Source: Clostridia bacterium
GTDB taxonomy: Bacteria > Bacillota > Clostridia > Oscillospirales > SIG627
NCBI GenBank assembly: GCA_017440805.1
Contig: JAFSGN010000016.1
Span: 66,627 to 130,626, forward strand
Length of the DNA: 64,000 nt
Direction of reading: 5' to 3'
A model generated the notes under the pieces. That model saw only the letters and a program-made list of their open reading frames with translations. It was not told the DNA's origin and searched no databases. Positions 9,842-18,735 of the stretch are shown one piece after another. Position 1 is the stretch's first letter, and each line of letters starts with the position of its first letter. Both the position numbers and the translations under genes were made by a program.

Positions 9842-12232
9842 TTATTTAAATGAATCAAGGAAATTATAAATTAGTATAACACTTTCTGCCCTGGTAACGC
9901 TCCGCTCACCGTCGAATCTGCCGTGAGAACCACTTATTATCCCCAGTCCTCTGGCAAGTGCAGCATATCCCAGATAATCCTTATCAATAAGAGAGTTGTC
10001 TGTAAAATCAGTTGTATAAATTCCGGGAATTGTTGCTATTTTTTCATATCCCAATGCTCTCATAATATACTTTGCAGCCTCTTTTCGCATAAGAGGACTG
10101 TCCGGTCTGATATCCTCATCTTTTTCGGGAATATAAAGGTTACGGTTTTTCATTGACTCCACAAGTTCAGATATATGAAGGTCAATTTCTTCTACGGTAC
10201 AATATTCCGCATATCTGCCTGTTACTGCCATAAGCATGGCAATAAATTCTTTTTGTGTAATGTCGCTGTCGGGCATAAATGAGTCTGATTGCACAACAAT
10301 GCCTACATCCGAAAGAAGTTTTATTTTTTCCTCTGCCCAGTGTCCGGAAATATCATCAAAGCCATCAAATACTTCATATACGGGTTTTACATATTCATTT
10401 CCGCTATAGTCAAGAGGTCTTCCGCTTACTGCCGAAATCACATAAAATGGTACATCAAATGTATACACAAGCCGTATCTCGTTTCGTGTCTGTATTTCCG
10501 ATTTGGCGTATACTTCTTTGGGAGAGGCGGTTTTTTGAGCAGAATTTTCCCCATCATTATCGTAAAGATAAACAGTATGTAATTTATACAGAATTTGGGT
10601 GTTTCCGTTATCAAGATAATTTTCTATTGCTTTGGTATCTGAAATTTCCGCCCTGACATCCGCAAAATCAACATGGTCTGTCCACCTGGAAGAGTAACTT
10701 GTTATCTTCCCTGTCACACAATCAACAGTAATATTTGCTCCGTTATTTATAACCTGTATGCCATTTTCGGTGCGGTCATACACAACATTGAGAGCAGTGT
10801 AATATTTTCCGTCTTTTGAGTTATCGTCTTTACCGTATTCCGCTGCGGTATAGTCCATTATATTGTATTTATCGGTACGGGAATGCGCAAGACTCTCATA
10901 TTTTTGAGGCTGAACCGATTTAAGAAAATTATCCGCAATTTTTCCTGCCTCTTTTTCATCAATTTTAAGTTCCGGAGGAGTAAAATTGCCCTCATTGTCA
11001 AAATACGGATAGTAAATATATGTATAGAAATAAATAAGTTCACCTGTAACTGCGTTTACCGATGCGTTGGCGGTAATGGTGTTAAAATTCCCTTTTTCCA
11101 CAGGTGCTATGTATCGTAAATTCCATACTACAGGATGCTTGTCATAAGATGTATACGGCATATAACTGTAGTCTATTGAGTATGACGCCAGAGTGTATGT
11201 ATCATCTATGGCAAGAGTGGAATAGGAACGAACGATTTTATCCGCTTCAGGGGCAGTTTTATAACCTTGAAGTTCCTCTATGCGTTTAATTTCGTTAGGG
11301 CTGAAATTTACAGAACCGTTTGAAACAGACTCCTTAATGACCGAATCCTCTGTCTCGGCAGGCGCTTCTGAGGCATAATTCCTGTCAGTCCAGGAATAAT
11401 CTTCCTGCAGATATTCACCTGAAAAAGCATCAATCTGTATCTGCTGATTATTATTTACATACACAAGTTTTGCAGTGGCTCCGTTTTGTTCACCTGTTTG
11501 CTCATCATAAGTTTGAAAAATGCGGTATTGTAAACTGACATCAAAATCTTTTTTCCATATTTCTTTTGCGTCATCAGAAGAAATTATATTTTCAGGTGCA
11601 CCAAACTGTGCATCGGGTTCCCATTCAATCTGCATATTTACAATTCTTCCGTCGGTGTAATCAACAGAAATATAAACATAATTCTGCAAATATTTTATCC
11701 CGTTTTCAACTCTGACAAAATAAAAATCATAACAGTTTGAGCCAAGATATCTTACGGTATTGGCTGTTTGGTTACTTTCAACTATTTTTCCGAGAACACC
11801 CGGATAAACTCTGTCAATAAACTCAAGTGCAATATCCAGGGCATCTTTTTTAAGTATTAACGGTGCTTTTTGAGTATTATTATAAATATTATTATTGTAT
11901 GTGTATATTTTTCCGTTGTTGTCGCATGTGACATTTATTGACTTGCTGTTTTGTTCATCACGCCATGTTAAATTCCATCTTTCGCTTTCGTATCGGGTAT
12001 ACATATTATAGTCAAACTCTGTATATTCCCCGGGGATATCAATGGTACTCTTTATGACAGTAAGAACTTTCTTAAGGCTGTTTTCCTGACTGCCGTCACT
12101 TCCGCCGTTGTCAGAAGCATCATTTACCAAAACCGATTTTTCCGGTTCTGTACTGTTTGCTCCTGCAAATGCGGTTGACATCATTGACGCAATAAGTACA
12201 ATTACAATAAAAAACCAAAGTGTTTTTTTCAT
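9842..12232 (-). CDS. S-layer homology (SLH) domain cell-surface protein with repeated PepSY-like modules
   Basis: N-terminal signal peptide (MKKTLWFFIVIVLIASMMSTAFA). The C-terminal ~180 aa carry SLH-type repeats (FDDISGHWAEEKI..., ITQKEFIAMLM..., MRKEAAKYIMRAL..., VTRAESVILIYNFL). Confidence 0.75.
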   Translation of the reverse strand: MKKTLWFFIVIVLIASMMSTAFAGANSTEPEKSVLVNDASDNGGSDGSQENSLKKVLTVIKSTIDIPGEYTEFDYNMYTRYESERWNLTWRDEQNSKSINVTCDNNGKIYTYNNNIYNNTQKAPLILKKDALDIALEFIDRVYPGVLGKIVESNQTANTVRYLGSNCYDFYFVRVENGIKYLQNYVYISVDYTDGRIVNMQIEWEPDAQFGAPENIISSDDAKEIWKKDFDVSLQYRIFQTYDEQTGEQNGATAKLVYVNNNQQIQIDAFSGEYLQEDYSWTDRNYASEAPAETEDSVIKESVSNGSVNFSPNEIKRIEELQGYKTAPEADKIVRSYSTLAIDDTYTLASYSIDYSYMPYTSYDKHPVVWNLRYIAPVEKGNFNTITANASVNAVTGELIYFYTYIYYPYFDNEGNFTPPELKIDEKEAGKIADNFLKSVQPQKYESLAHSRTDKYNIMDYTAAEYGKDDNSKDGKYYTALNVVYDRTENGIQVINNGANITVDCVTGKITSYSSRWTDHVDFADVRAEISDTKAIENYLDNGNTQILYKLHTVYLYDNDGENSAQKTASPKEVYAKSEIQTRNEIRLVYTFDVPFYVISAVSGRPLDYSGNEYVKPVYEVFDGFDDISGHWAEEKIKLLSDVGIVVQSDSFMPDSDITQKEFIAMLMAVTGRYAEYCTVEEIDLHISELVESMKNRNLYIPEKDEDIRPDSPLMRKEAAKYIMRALGYEKIATIPGIYTTDFTDNSLIDKDYLGYAALARGLGIISGSHGRFDGERSVTRAESVILIYNFLDSFK

Positions 12233-12360
12233 AATATCACCTGTCCTTTAAATTGAATTACTGTTTTGACTAAAAAATACCACAAAAGTTCCGGTTTTTG
12301 TATTTTTTAAGTTATTTTTTCCATGAATACAGATATATTCCGTATAAAGTAAACATACAC

Positions 12361-12395
12361 AAGAAAACAGCGGAGCGTCATTAATGACGCTCCGC
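12361..12395 (-). terminator. rho-independent terminator after the small peptide gene
   Basis: Stem GCGGAGCGTCA / TGACGCTCCGC with a 4-nt loop, followed on the - strand by TGTTTTCTT. Confidence 0.65.
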
Positions 12396-12427
12396 CAAAT
12401 CTTTACTTATTCGTCTTTATGTCCGGT

Positions 12428-12580
12428 TTATGACAACCATTCAGGCATAGCAGATGCTACACCCTCGCCACTATTGCCGAACAGGCTCATCATACCTGTG
12501 CGAACACCGCTTGCGAGAAGAGTGTCCTCAACAGAGTATTCAAACACTTCAACGGTAGGTGCAACATAGTTCTTTTTCAT
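12428..12580 (-). CDS. 50-aa peptide with RiPP-leader-like N-terminus (MKKNYVAPTVEVFEYSVEDT...)
   Basis: ATG at 12580 preceded by GAAGGAGGA at about 9 nt spacing, and followed by a dedicated terminator. The track ORF (12428-12637) is an upstream extension that overlaps the preceding gene. Confidence 0.55.
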   Translation of the reverse strand: MKKNYVAPTVEVFEYSVEDTLLASGVRTGMMSLFGNSGEGVASAMPEWLS

Positions 12581-12609
12581 AGTGTTATATCCTCCTTCTA
12601 CACTCTTTA

Positions 12610-13818
12610 TTAAAGTTCGTTGCCCACAGTCTCGCACCAGTCAATGCTACGAGTGATGGGGTCGGAATATACGGTAACTTCGTCTTCACCAACCATATAG
12701 GTTACGAAAGAACGAGCAGTGATGTACATATCCTCGGGAAGTCCGGTGATAACACCTGTGTAGATGTAATCATTTCCGTCTATAGCATAGTAGCCTGCAG
12801 CAGAGATTACAAGTCTATTGGTAGTATTCAAAGTAAGCTCATTGCTGCCGGGCATATTTGCGGGCAGACAAACGATACCTGCATCTACAATTGTTGTTGT
12901 CTCGTCATGGTTTGCATTAAGGCCGGAGAAATAAACTGAACCGAAACGAAGTTCGCCGTCTGCTCTCTTAGCCGCACCAACAATATCAAAGGTAGGACCT
13001 TCGTAGTTAGTGTTATAATAGTATACAGGAGCAGATAAAGTGGGGTACAACTCAACAGTTGCATAATCGGCGTCAAGACCACCTACACCTTTATAGTCAA
13101 GGCTGATTTTTGTTCTGTACCAGTTGCTGCCGTCATTTACAAGTTCAAAGGGTACATGGATGAGCTCATTATTATAATATATATCGTCATCCTCACTATA
13201 ATAATCATACTCAATCGAAGCCTTTTCAAGAGCGTTTTCGGCAGATGCATAACCAAACAAAATCTCACCATCATCGTCAGAAATATTGGTAAATGCATTT
13301 TCGGGGCTCGCGAATGTTATAGCCTTAATAATAACATCGTCACCATTTTCAACTTCGATTTCCTCAAACATACGATAAACAAGTTTAGTTTTTAAATAGT
13401 TAGAATTTGTTCCCAAATTGAAGAAATCTACACCATTCAGATTTACAGGCTTTACAACTGCAGGATTAAAATACAAATATGCCTGAACCATTCCTATAGG
13501 CAGGTCAGGAACATTGTTATATCCAACTGCAATGTCAAATACATTGGCTGAAAAATCTACCTCAACACCTTTACTGGAGTACAAAGAACCTCCAAGTAAA
13601 TCAGAGTAGAAATTGTAGAAAGTATTTTCGCCTTCAAACATAATTGCAGCCAATTCACCGTCGGTACCCGACTTTGTCTTTGCATATTCGAGGGCACTCT
13701 CAGCGGCATACAGTGAAACATTGCCGTCGAATGTAGCAGCGAATGTCGAAACAGTAAGAACTGAAACGAGCATTACGACAGCCAATAAAATGCTTGTGAT
13801 TTTTTTCATGTTCTTCAT
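12610..13818 (-). CDS. secreted protein, possible cohesin-like module
   Basis: Signal peptide MKNMKKITSILLAVVMLVSVLTVSTFA. The segment VEVDFSANVFDIAVGYNNVPDLPIGMVQAYLYFNPAVVKPV resembles cohesin beta-sandwich signatures. The ATG at 13809 has better RBS spacing than 13818. Confidence 0.45.
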   Translation of the reverse strand: MKNMKKITSILLAVVMLVSVLTVSTFAATFDGNVSLYAAESALEYAKTKSGTDGELAAIMFEGENTFYNFYSDLLGGSLYSSKGVEVDFSANVFDIAVGYNNVPDLPIGMVQAYLYFNPAVVKPVNLNGVDFFNLGTNSNYLKTKLVYRMFEEIEVENGDDVIIKAITFASPENAFTNISDDDGEILFGYASAENALEKASIEYDYYSEDDDIYYNNELIHVPFELVNDGSNWYRTKISLDYKGVGGLDADYATVELYPTLSAPVYYYNTNYEGPTFDIVGAAKRADGELRFGSVYFSGLNANHDETTTIVDAGIVCLPANMPGSNELTLNTTNRLVISAAGYYAIDGNDYIYTGVITGLPEDMYITARSFVTYMVGEDEVTVYSDPITRSIDWCETVGNEL

Positions 13819-13866
13819 CCTTTCAGATATTTTTTTAAAAATAATTTATATTGGTTATTTTACCAA

Positions 13867-14910
13867 TCAACCCAAAATGACGGTATCACGGTTTGCAAGG
13901 TATTGCATCATTGTGATAACATCTTTCAAAGAAATGTTGCTGTCCCGTTGTACATCGGACACAACATTCTGTGCATAATCCATAGCCAGTACATCAGGGA
14001 CAAGAATATGCTTCATAATGTAGTATATGTCGCTTAAACCTACATTATAGTCTCCGTCAGCATCGCCCATCAGACGATAATCAGCGGAGTTTTTAACAAC
14101 ACTGAGAGCAGGTGTTTCTTGTTGTATGTAAACTGTAAGGTTGTCGCAATTCCAGAAAGAATTGTCGCCTACAGTTGACAGCGATTTATAAACTATCATA
14201 TCTTCAAGGGCAGTACATCCGCCGAAAACCATTTCTCCGATGGAGGTGGAATTTTTGGGCAATGTAACAGCCGTAAGGGAAGTGCATCCGTTAAATGCAC
14301 CGTCTTCCAGAACGGTAACCGTTGAGGGAAGAGAAACCCTGGAAAGATTCTGGTTCAACGCAAAGGTTCTGTTGCCGATTTTTGCAACACCCTCGGGAAT
14401 TACAATTTCGGTAAGTGCCTTACAATTATAGAAAGCGGAATATCCGATTTCATTAACTGTGGCAGGGATAGTAACATTGTTCAAAACAACGCAGCCCGCA
14501 AAAGCGGATGCTCCGATTTTCTTAAGACCGCTGCCGAAAGTAACAGTGGCAAGTTTCTGGCAGTCAAAGAAAGCACAGTTTTCTATATTTACCACAGAAT
14601 CAGGCAGAACAACCGACACAAGAGTGTCGCTGTGGCTGAACGCATTGTAGGAAACGGCATTAACAGTATATGTTACTCCGCCTTTGGTAACCGAGGCGGG
14701 TATGCTAACACTTGAAGCGGTAAAACCGGAATTACAATATTCGGTGCTTCCCGTGCCTACAGAGGCAGTACGATTTGTTTCATTTAATGTATATGTAATA
14801 CCGAGTGCATCTTCATATTGAGAATATGTGTCGGCACCGCATACAGACATAACTGAAAAAGCAGCAACGGCAAACAAAGCCACTGCAAAAAGTATTCTTC
14901 TGTTGTGCAT
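13867..14910 (-). CDS. BspA-type leucine-rich-repeat protein with C-terminal dockerin
   Basis: Repeated ~23-aa LRR units (IP..V..IG..AF..C..L). The C-terminus has duplicated Ca-binding dockerin loops GDADGDYNVGLSDIYYIMKHIL and DVQRDSNISLKDVITMMQYL. The ATG at 14910 (MHNRRILF, signal peptide) has a GGAGG RBS. Confidence 0.8.
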   Translation of the reverse strand: MHNRRILFAVALFAVAAFSVMSVCGADTYSQYEDALGITYTLNETNRTASVGTGSTEYCNSGFTASSVSIPASVTKGGVTYTVNAVSYNAFSHSDTLVSVVLPDSVVNIENCAFFDCQKLATVTFGSGLKKIGASAFAGCVVLNNVTIPATVNEIGYSAFYNCKALTEIVIPEGVAKIGNRTFALNQNLSRVSLPSTVTVLEDGAFNGCTSLTAVTLPKNSTSIGEMVFGGCTALEDMIVYKSLSTVGDNSFWNCDNLTVYIQQETPALSVVKNSADYRLMGDADGDYNVGLSDIYYIMKHILVPDVLAMDYAQNVVSDVQRDSNISLKDVITMMQYLANRDTVILG

Positions 14911-15183
14911 TAAAAACCTCCAATTATGTATATGACAGGCACCCATAAACGGGCACAAATAGTCAAGGTATTATACGATACAAATATTATAGCACACAAT
15001 ACTTAAAAAAGTCAATAGACTATTTCAAAAAAAATTAAAATTGAGGAATTTTTGTTTAGTATTAACATATTATATGCCGTAATATTAGTAATAGTGTACA
15101 AAATTGCTTTATTCCGGCAATTTATGTATATAAATTTTAAATTCTGATTTTTTTCTTCTTTTTCTGTTGATTTTTTTATTTTA

Positions 15184-15218
15184 TTGTGACAAATTTCTCA
15201 CACAGGTTTATGTAGAAT
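15184..15218 (+). promoter_or_regulatory. candidate spoIIE promoter with Spo0A-box-like element
   Basis: TAGAAT at 15213-15218. TTGTGACAAA at 15184-15193 has reverse complement TTTGTCACAA, which matches 8 of 10 positions of the 0A box TTTGTCGAAA. The long -35/-10 spacing resembles the B. subtilis spoIIE promoter. This is a weak, by-eye call. Confidence 0.25.
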
Positions 15219-15261
15219 AATATCGGGTTATAAACAAAGTACAAATGAAAGGAACAAAAAA

Positions 15262-17520
15262 ATGGATAATCCCAAAAAAATTTCTCTTCAAAATTTCCGT
15301 ACACTCTCCCAACTGAGAAAACTTCTGTACGGCATTCTGTTTTTCACATTCGGTTTTGTAATTTCCTATGCACCATTCCCCCTTTCCGTTCATCCCACAG
15401 GTCTTTCCCTTATGGTTTTTGCACCCAAGAAATGTCCTAACTTTCCCGTATACAGCAGTTTTTCGTTTTATTCCTTGTGTGCGGGCTGTTTATCTGCCAC
15501 ACTGGCGTATAAACAAGACGGAATTATATACTTCACCATGTACTGTGCGGTTTTCCTCATACGACTTGCGCTTACAGGAGGCAAATTTAACGAAAGTGTT
15601 GTTATAAAGGTGTCGTTATCTCTGATTTGTGCTCTGTGTATCGGTCTTGTAGGGGCATCACTCAGCGGATTCAATATATGGAAAATTTTCGGCATTCTCA
15701 CTTTATCGCTGTGCACACCCGCTTTTACATATTTTTTTGAAGGTATTTCGGACAGAAGTGCCTCCGGTATTCTTTTTGATACCGCTTGTTACGCCTTTGT
15801 ATTTTCTTTTCTGTACGGGATACGGAGCGTGAAATTCTTTTCATTTTCACTTCCTATTATTATATGCGGTATACTGACGCTTTATACGGCAAAGAAAAAA
15901 GGGGCTATGCATGGTGCTCTTATGGGCCTTGCATGCGGGCTGGCACAGGATAATTTCTTTCTGCCGCCTGTTATAAGTATAATGGGGTTTGTAGGCGGTC
16001 TTTTTTTCAGACATTCCGACACAGTTTCCATTCTCACCTCTTATGTTGCATCAATATGTTACGGCATATACTGTGCAGGGTTTGATGCAGTGGGTATTAT
16101 GGCACCGGAACTTCTGGCTTCATGCGCCGCTTTCTTCGGAATCAAAAATTTTATTACTCCCGACCCTTATGTTTCGGGCAAATCTGACGACACCACCCGG
16201 GACAGTGAGGAAACAACCGAAAAACTGACGAAAATTTCCGATGCTTTTTCGGCGTTATCGGAAATATCAATGCAATCGGAAAAGTCCGATGTTCCCGACA
16301 GGTCCGAATGCGATTATTTTGTAAAACGCGCATTTGAGCAAACCTGCAGTGAATGTGTTATGAAGCATGTTTGTGAGGTCTCGGGGGAGCGCAATTCCCG
16401 CAGTCTGAGAAGAAAAATAAGCAACGCCCTGTACGACCGCCGTCTTGCGTCGGGGGAATATCGGGATATTGAAAGCGGAAAATGCTGTCACAGTGACAAA
16501 ATCATATCTTCTGCAATGGAAAAATACAATTCCGCACTGTCAACACATACCAAAAACTCAAAAGGGCAACTCATTTCAGGCGAGTACAACACGGTAGCAA
16601 AACTCCTTAAAATAACCGCCAATACACCAACAGAAAAAACTTCTCCTCCCCTGCCCGAAGCATTCCGCATAAAAAGAGCATTGGAAAACATGAATATTTC
16701 ATACCGCCGTCTTGAAGTCAGGGGGAACAGAAATGTAATTATACGGGTATGCGGAATTTCAGCAGCCGAAATACACATGAGCAGTCAGCGAATAAAAGGG
16801 GAAATAGAAAAGGAATGCGGATTTTCAGTTGAACTCCCCGAATTTTTCACCGAAAATGCCGAGGAAATAATGCAGATAACCCGATGCGGTATGTTTTCTC
16901 CTGAATATTCCCGCTGTACTCTTCCAAAACAAGGGGAACAGATTAACGGGGATTATCTGACAGTATTTGAAAATGAGGACAACAAATTTTACTCTCTGAT
17001 ATGCGACGGAATGGGAAGCGGACGGGAGGCCGCAAACGCATCGAAAACTGCTGCCGGGTTTATTGAAAAACTTTTATTTTCAGGCTCGCCCGAGGACATT
17101 ACCATCGAAATGCTCAACAACTACCTTATATCAAAAGAAAACGAGTGTTTTTCCACCATTGACCTTTTGGAAATTGACAAACTTGACGGAACTGCATCTT
17201 TTGTCAAAGCGGGTGCTGCACCCTCGTTCATTGTAAGGGGAAGCAAACTGCACAAAATATCTTCATATACCCCTCCCGCCGGAATACTCCATTGCATGAA
17301 TGCCGAAAAAACTACAATGAAACTGCAGAAAAATGACATAATAGTAATGCTTTCCGACGGAATACTGGAAAACGGAGATATCGGCACATGGCTTATGGAA
17401 TTTTTAACCTACAAACTTGAGGGAACATCCTCCGAAATGGCGGAAAAGATTGTTTCCTCCGCCTGTGAAGCAAAAGGCAGATCGGATGATATGAGTGTTG
17501 CTGTGATAAAAATATCTTAA
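15262..17520 (+). CDS. spoIIE: stage II sporulation protein E (PP2C phosphatase)
   Basis: About 10 N-terminal TM helices, a central regulatory region and a C-terminal PP2C domain (ICDGMGSGREAANAS ... MLSDGI ... RSDDMSVAVIK). Confidence 0.9.
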   Translation: MDNPKKISLQNFRTLSQLRKLLYGILFFTFGFVISYAPFPLSVHPTGLSLMVFAPKKCPNFPVYSSFSFYSLCAGCLSATLAYKQDGIIYFTMYCAVFLIRLALTGGKFNESVVIKVSLSLICALCIGLVGASLSGFNIWKIFGILTLSLCTPAFTYFFEGISDRSASGILFDTACYAFVFSFLYGIRSVKFFSFSLPIIICGILTLYTAKKKGAMHGALMGLACGLAQDNFFLPPVISIMGFVGGLFFRHSDTVSILTSYVASICYGIYCAGFDAVGIMAPELLASCAAFFGIKNFITPDPYVSGKSDDTTRDSEETTEKLTKISDAFSALSEISMQSEKSDVPDRSECDYFVKRAFEQTCSECVMKHVCEVSGERNSRSLRRKISNALYDRRLASGEYRDIESGKCCHSDKIISSAMEKYNSALSTHTKNSKGQLISGEYNTVAKLLKITANTPTEKTSPPLPEAFRIKRALENMNISYRRLEVRGNRNVIIRVCGISAAEIHMSSQRIKGEIEKECGFSVELPEFFTENAEEIMQITRCGMFSPEYSRCTLPKQGEQINGDYLTVFENEDNKFYSLICDGMGSGREAANASKTAAGFIEKLLFSGSPEDITIEMLNNYLISKENECFSTIDLLEIDKLDGTASFVKAGAAPSFIVRGSKLHKISSYTPPAGILHCMNAEKTTMKLQKNDIIVMLSDGILENGDIGTWLMEFLTYKLEGTSSEMAEKIVSSACEAKGRSDDMSVAVIKIS

Positions 17521-17535
17521 AATATACAAAAACAT

Positions 17536-17568
17536 AATTTGCGGTTTTACACCGCAAATTTGTTTTTT
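17536..17568 (+). terminator. rho-independent terminator
   Basis: AATTTGCGGT / ACCGCAAATT stem plus a T-run. Confidence 0.75.
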
Positions 17569-17607
17569 CATTTTTTGAAAATTTTTATTATATTTTACCA
17601 AAAACTA

Positions 17608-17635
17608 TTGACTTTTTCTAAAATAGTGTTATAAT
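17608..17635 (+). promoter_or_regulatory. sigma-A promoter (TTGACT, 16-nt spacer, TGtTATAAT)
   Basis: TTGACT at 17608-17613 and an extended -10 TGTTATAAT ending at 17635. Confidence 0.55.
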
Positions 17636-17669
17636 GTAACACGGATGTTAGAGTGAGGTATGGTGTGTT

Positions 17670-18242
17670 ATGCATGATTTTATCAGCGACAAGGATTTGC
17701 CGGAACTTATAGACAAAACCCGTCATACCGATAAGGAATCATTCAAGCACATTCTTTCTTTGTTTTCAGGTATGCTTCACGGTATTCTCCGTTCCTGCGG
17801 TGCGACGGCAGACGAGTACGACGATTTGTACCAGGAGGCACAGGTGGGGCTTTACAAAGCGGTAATGACCTACAACCGGGAACACTCCTCTTTTTCCACC
17901 TATGCGTATATTTGTGTCCAGAGTTCCGTGTTGTCTTTTATGCGAAAGACAAGGAGCAGGGGTAATATCCCCACCGGTCTGATTTCTTCAATGTCAGCCG
18001 ATTTAAAAGGGTCCGTGATGTCTTTTATCACACCCGAAACAAAATTGCTGGACAAGGAAAGCATAAGTCTTATTGTTAAAAAAATCGGAAATTCCCTTTC
18101 CCCATTTGAAAGGAAAGTTCTTTTCCTTTATTTAGCGGACAAATCCTATCTTGAGATTGCAAAAGAGTTGGGAAAGAATAAAAAATCTGTTGATAATGCC
18201 ATTCAGCGTATACGAAAAAAGTTAAGATATATGCCTGAATAA
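17670..18242 (+). CDS. sigma-70 family RNA polymerase sigma factor (small, regions 2 and 4 only)
   Basis: Region 2 is YQEAQVGLYKAVMTYN..FSTYAYICV. Region 4 HTH is SYLEIAKELGKNKKSVDNAIQRIRKKL. Confidence 0.8.
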   Translation: MHDFISDKDLPELIDKTRHTDKESFKHILSLFSGMLHGILRSCGATADEYDDLYQEAQVGLYKAVMTYNREHSSFSTYAYICVQSSVLSFMRKTRSRGNIPTGLISSMSADLKGSVMSFITPETKLLDKESISLIVKKIGNSLSPFERKVLFLYLADKSYLEIAKELGKNKKSVDNAIQRIRKKLRYMPE

Positions 18243-18394
18243 ATAAATTTCTTTGACTGTATAATATTTTATATACATTAATATTTATGCCCGTGTAGCT
18301 TAATTTAAGAGCATTGTACGGTTGTACTTAGGTGTCGGTGTAACTCCGGTCAGGGGCAAATAAAAAATTTTTTCAAACCAAAGCGAGGTAAATC

Positions 18395-18670
18395 ATGTAC
18401 GAAGACAAGACTCTAGTATGCAAAGACTGCGGAAACGAATTTGTATTCACCGCAGGCGAACAGGAATTCTACGCAGAAAAAGGTTTCCAGAATGAACCCC
18501 AGAGATGCAAGGCTTGCAGAGATGCAAGAAAAGCGGCTGGCAGAGCTCAGAAGGAACTGTTCACAACCACTTGCGCAAATTGCGGAAAAGAAGCAAAAGT
18601 TCCTTTCCAACCCAGCGATGACCGTCCGGTTTATTGCAGCGAGTGCTTTGCTGCTATGAAGCAACAGTAA
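18395..18670 (+). CDS. zinc-ribbon protein (CxxC-x17-CxxC repeated)
   Basis: Two Cys4 units: CKDCG..CKAC and CANCG..CSEC. AGCGAGG RBS. Confidence 0.7.
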   Translation: MYEDKTLVCKDCGNEFVFTAGEQEFYAEKGFQNEPQRCKACRDARKAAGRAQKELFTTTCANCGKEAKVPFQPSDDRPVYCSECFAAMKQQ

Positions 18671-18694
18671 TATTGAAAGATAATTACTAAAAAA

Positions 18695-18727
18695 ATGCCG
18701 TTCTCTTTGTGAGTACGGCATTTTTTG
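18695..18727. terminator. bidirectional hairpin terminator
   Basis: TGCCGT...ACGGCA stem flanked by an A-run on the left and a T-run on the right, between convergent genes. Confidence 0.6.
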
Positions 18728-18735
18728 CTGTTTTA

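Noticed and set aside
12428-12580. Classifying the 50-aa peptide as a bona fide lasso peptide precursor
   Set aside because: The predicted core would begin with Leu or Ala and has no Asp/Glu at positions 7-9 for macrolactam formation. No lasso cyclase, leader protease or RRE gene is present in the window. Only the leader-motif resemblance is retained as a finding.
18289-18359. tRNA-like cloverleaf (GCCCGTG-TA-GCTTAATTTAAGAGC...CAGGGGC) upstream of the zinc-ribbon gene
   Set aside because: The acceptor stem (one mismatch) and D-arm can be drawn. The anticodon arm cannot form; only a GTAC-GGTT-GTAC tetraloop hairpin is possible. The T-loop (TGTAACT) lacks the TTCRA consensus and there is no CCA context. 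I treat it as a structured 5' leader or a chance resemblance, not a tRNA gene.
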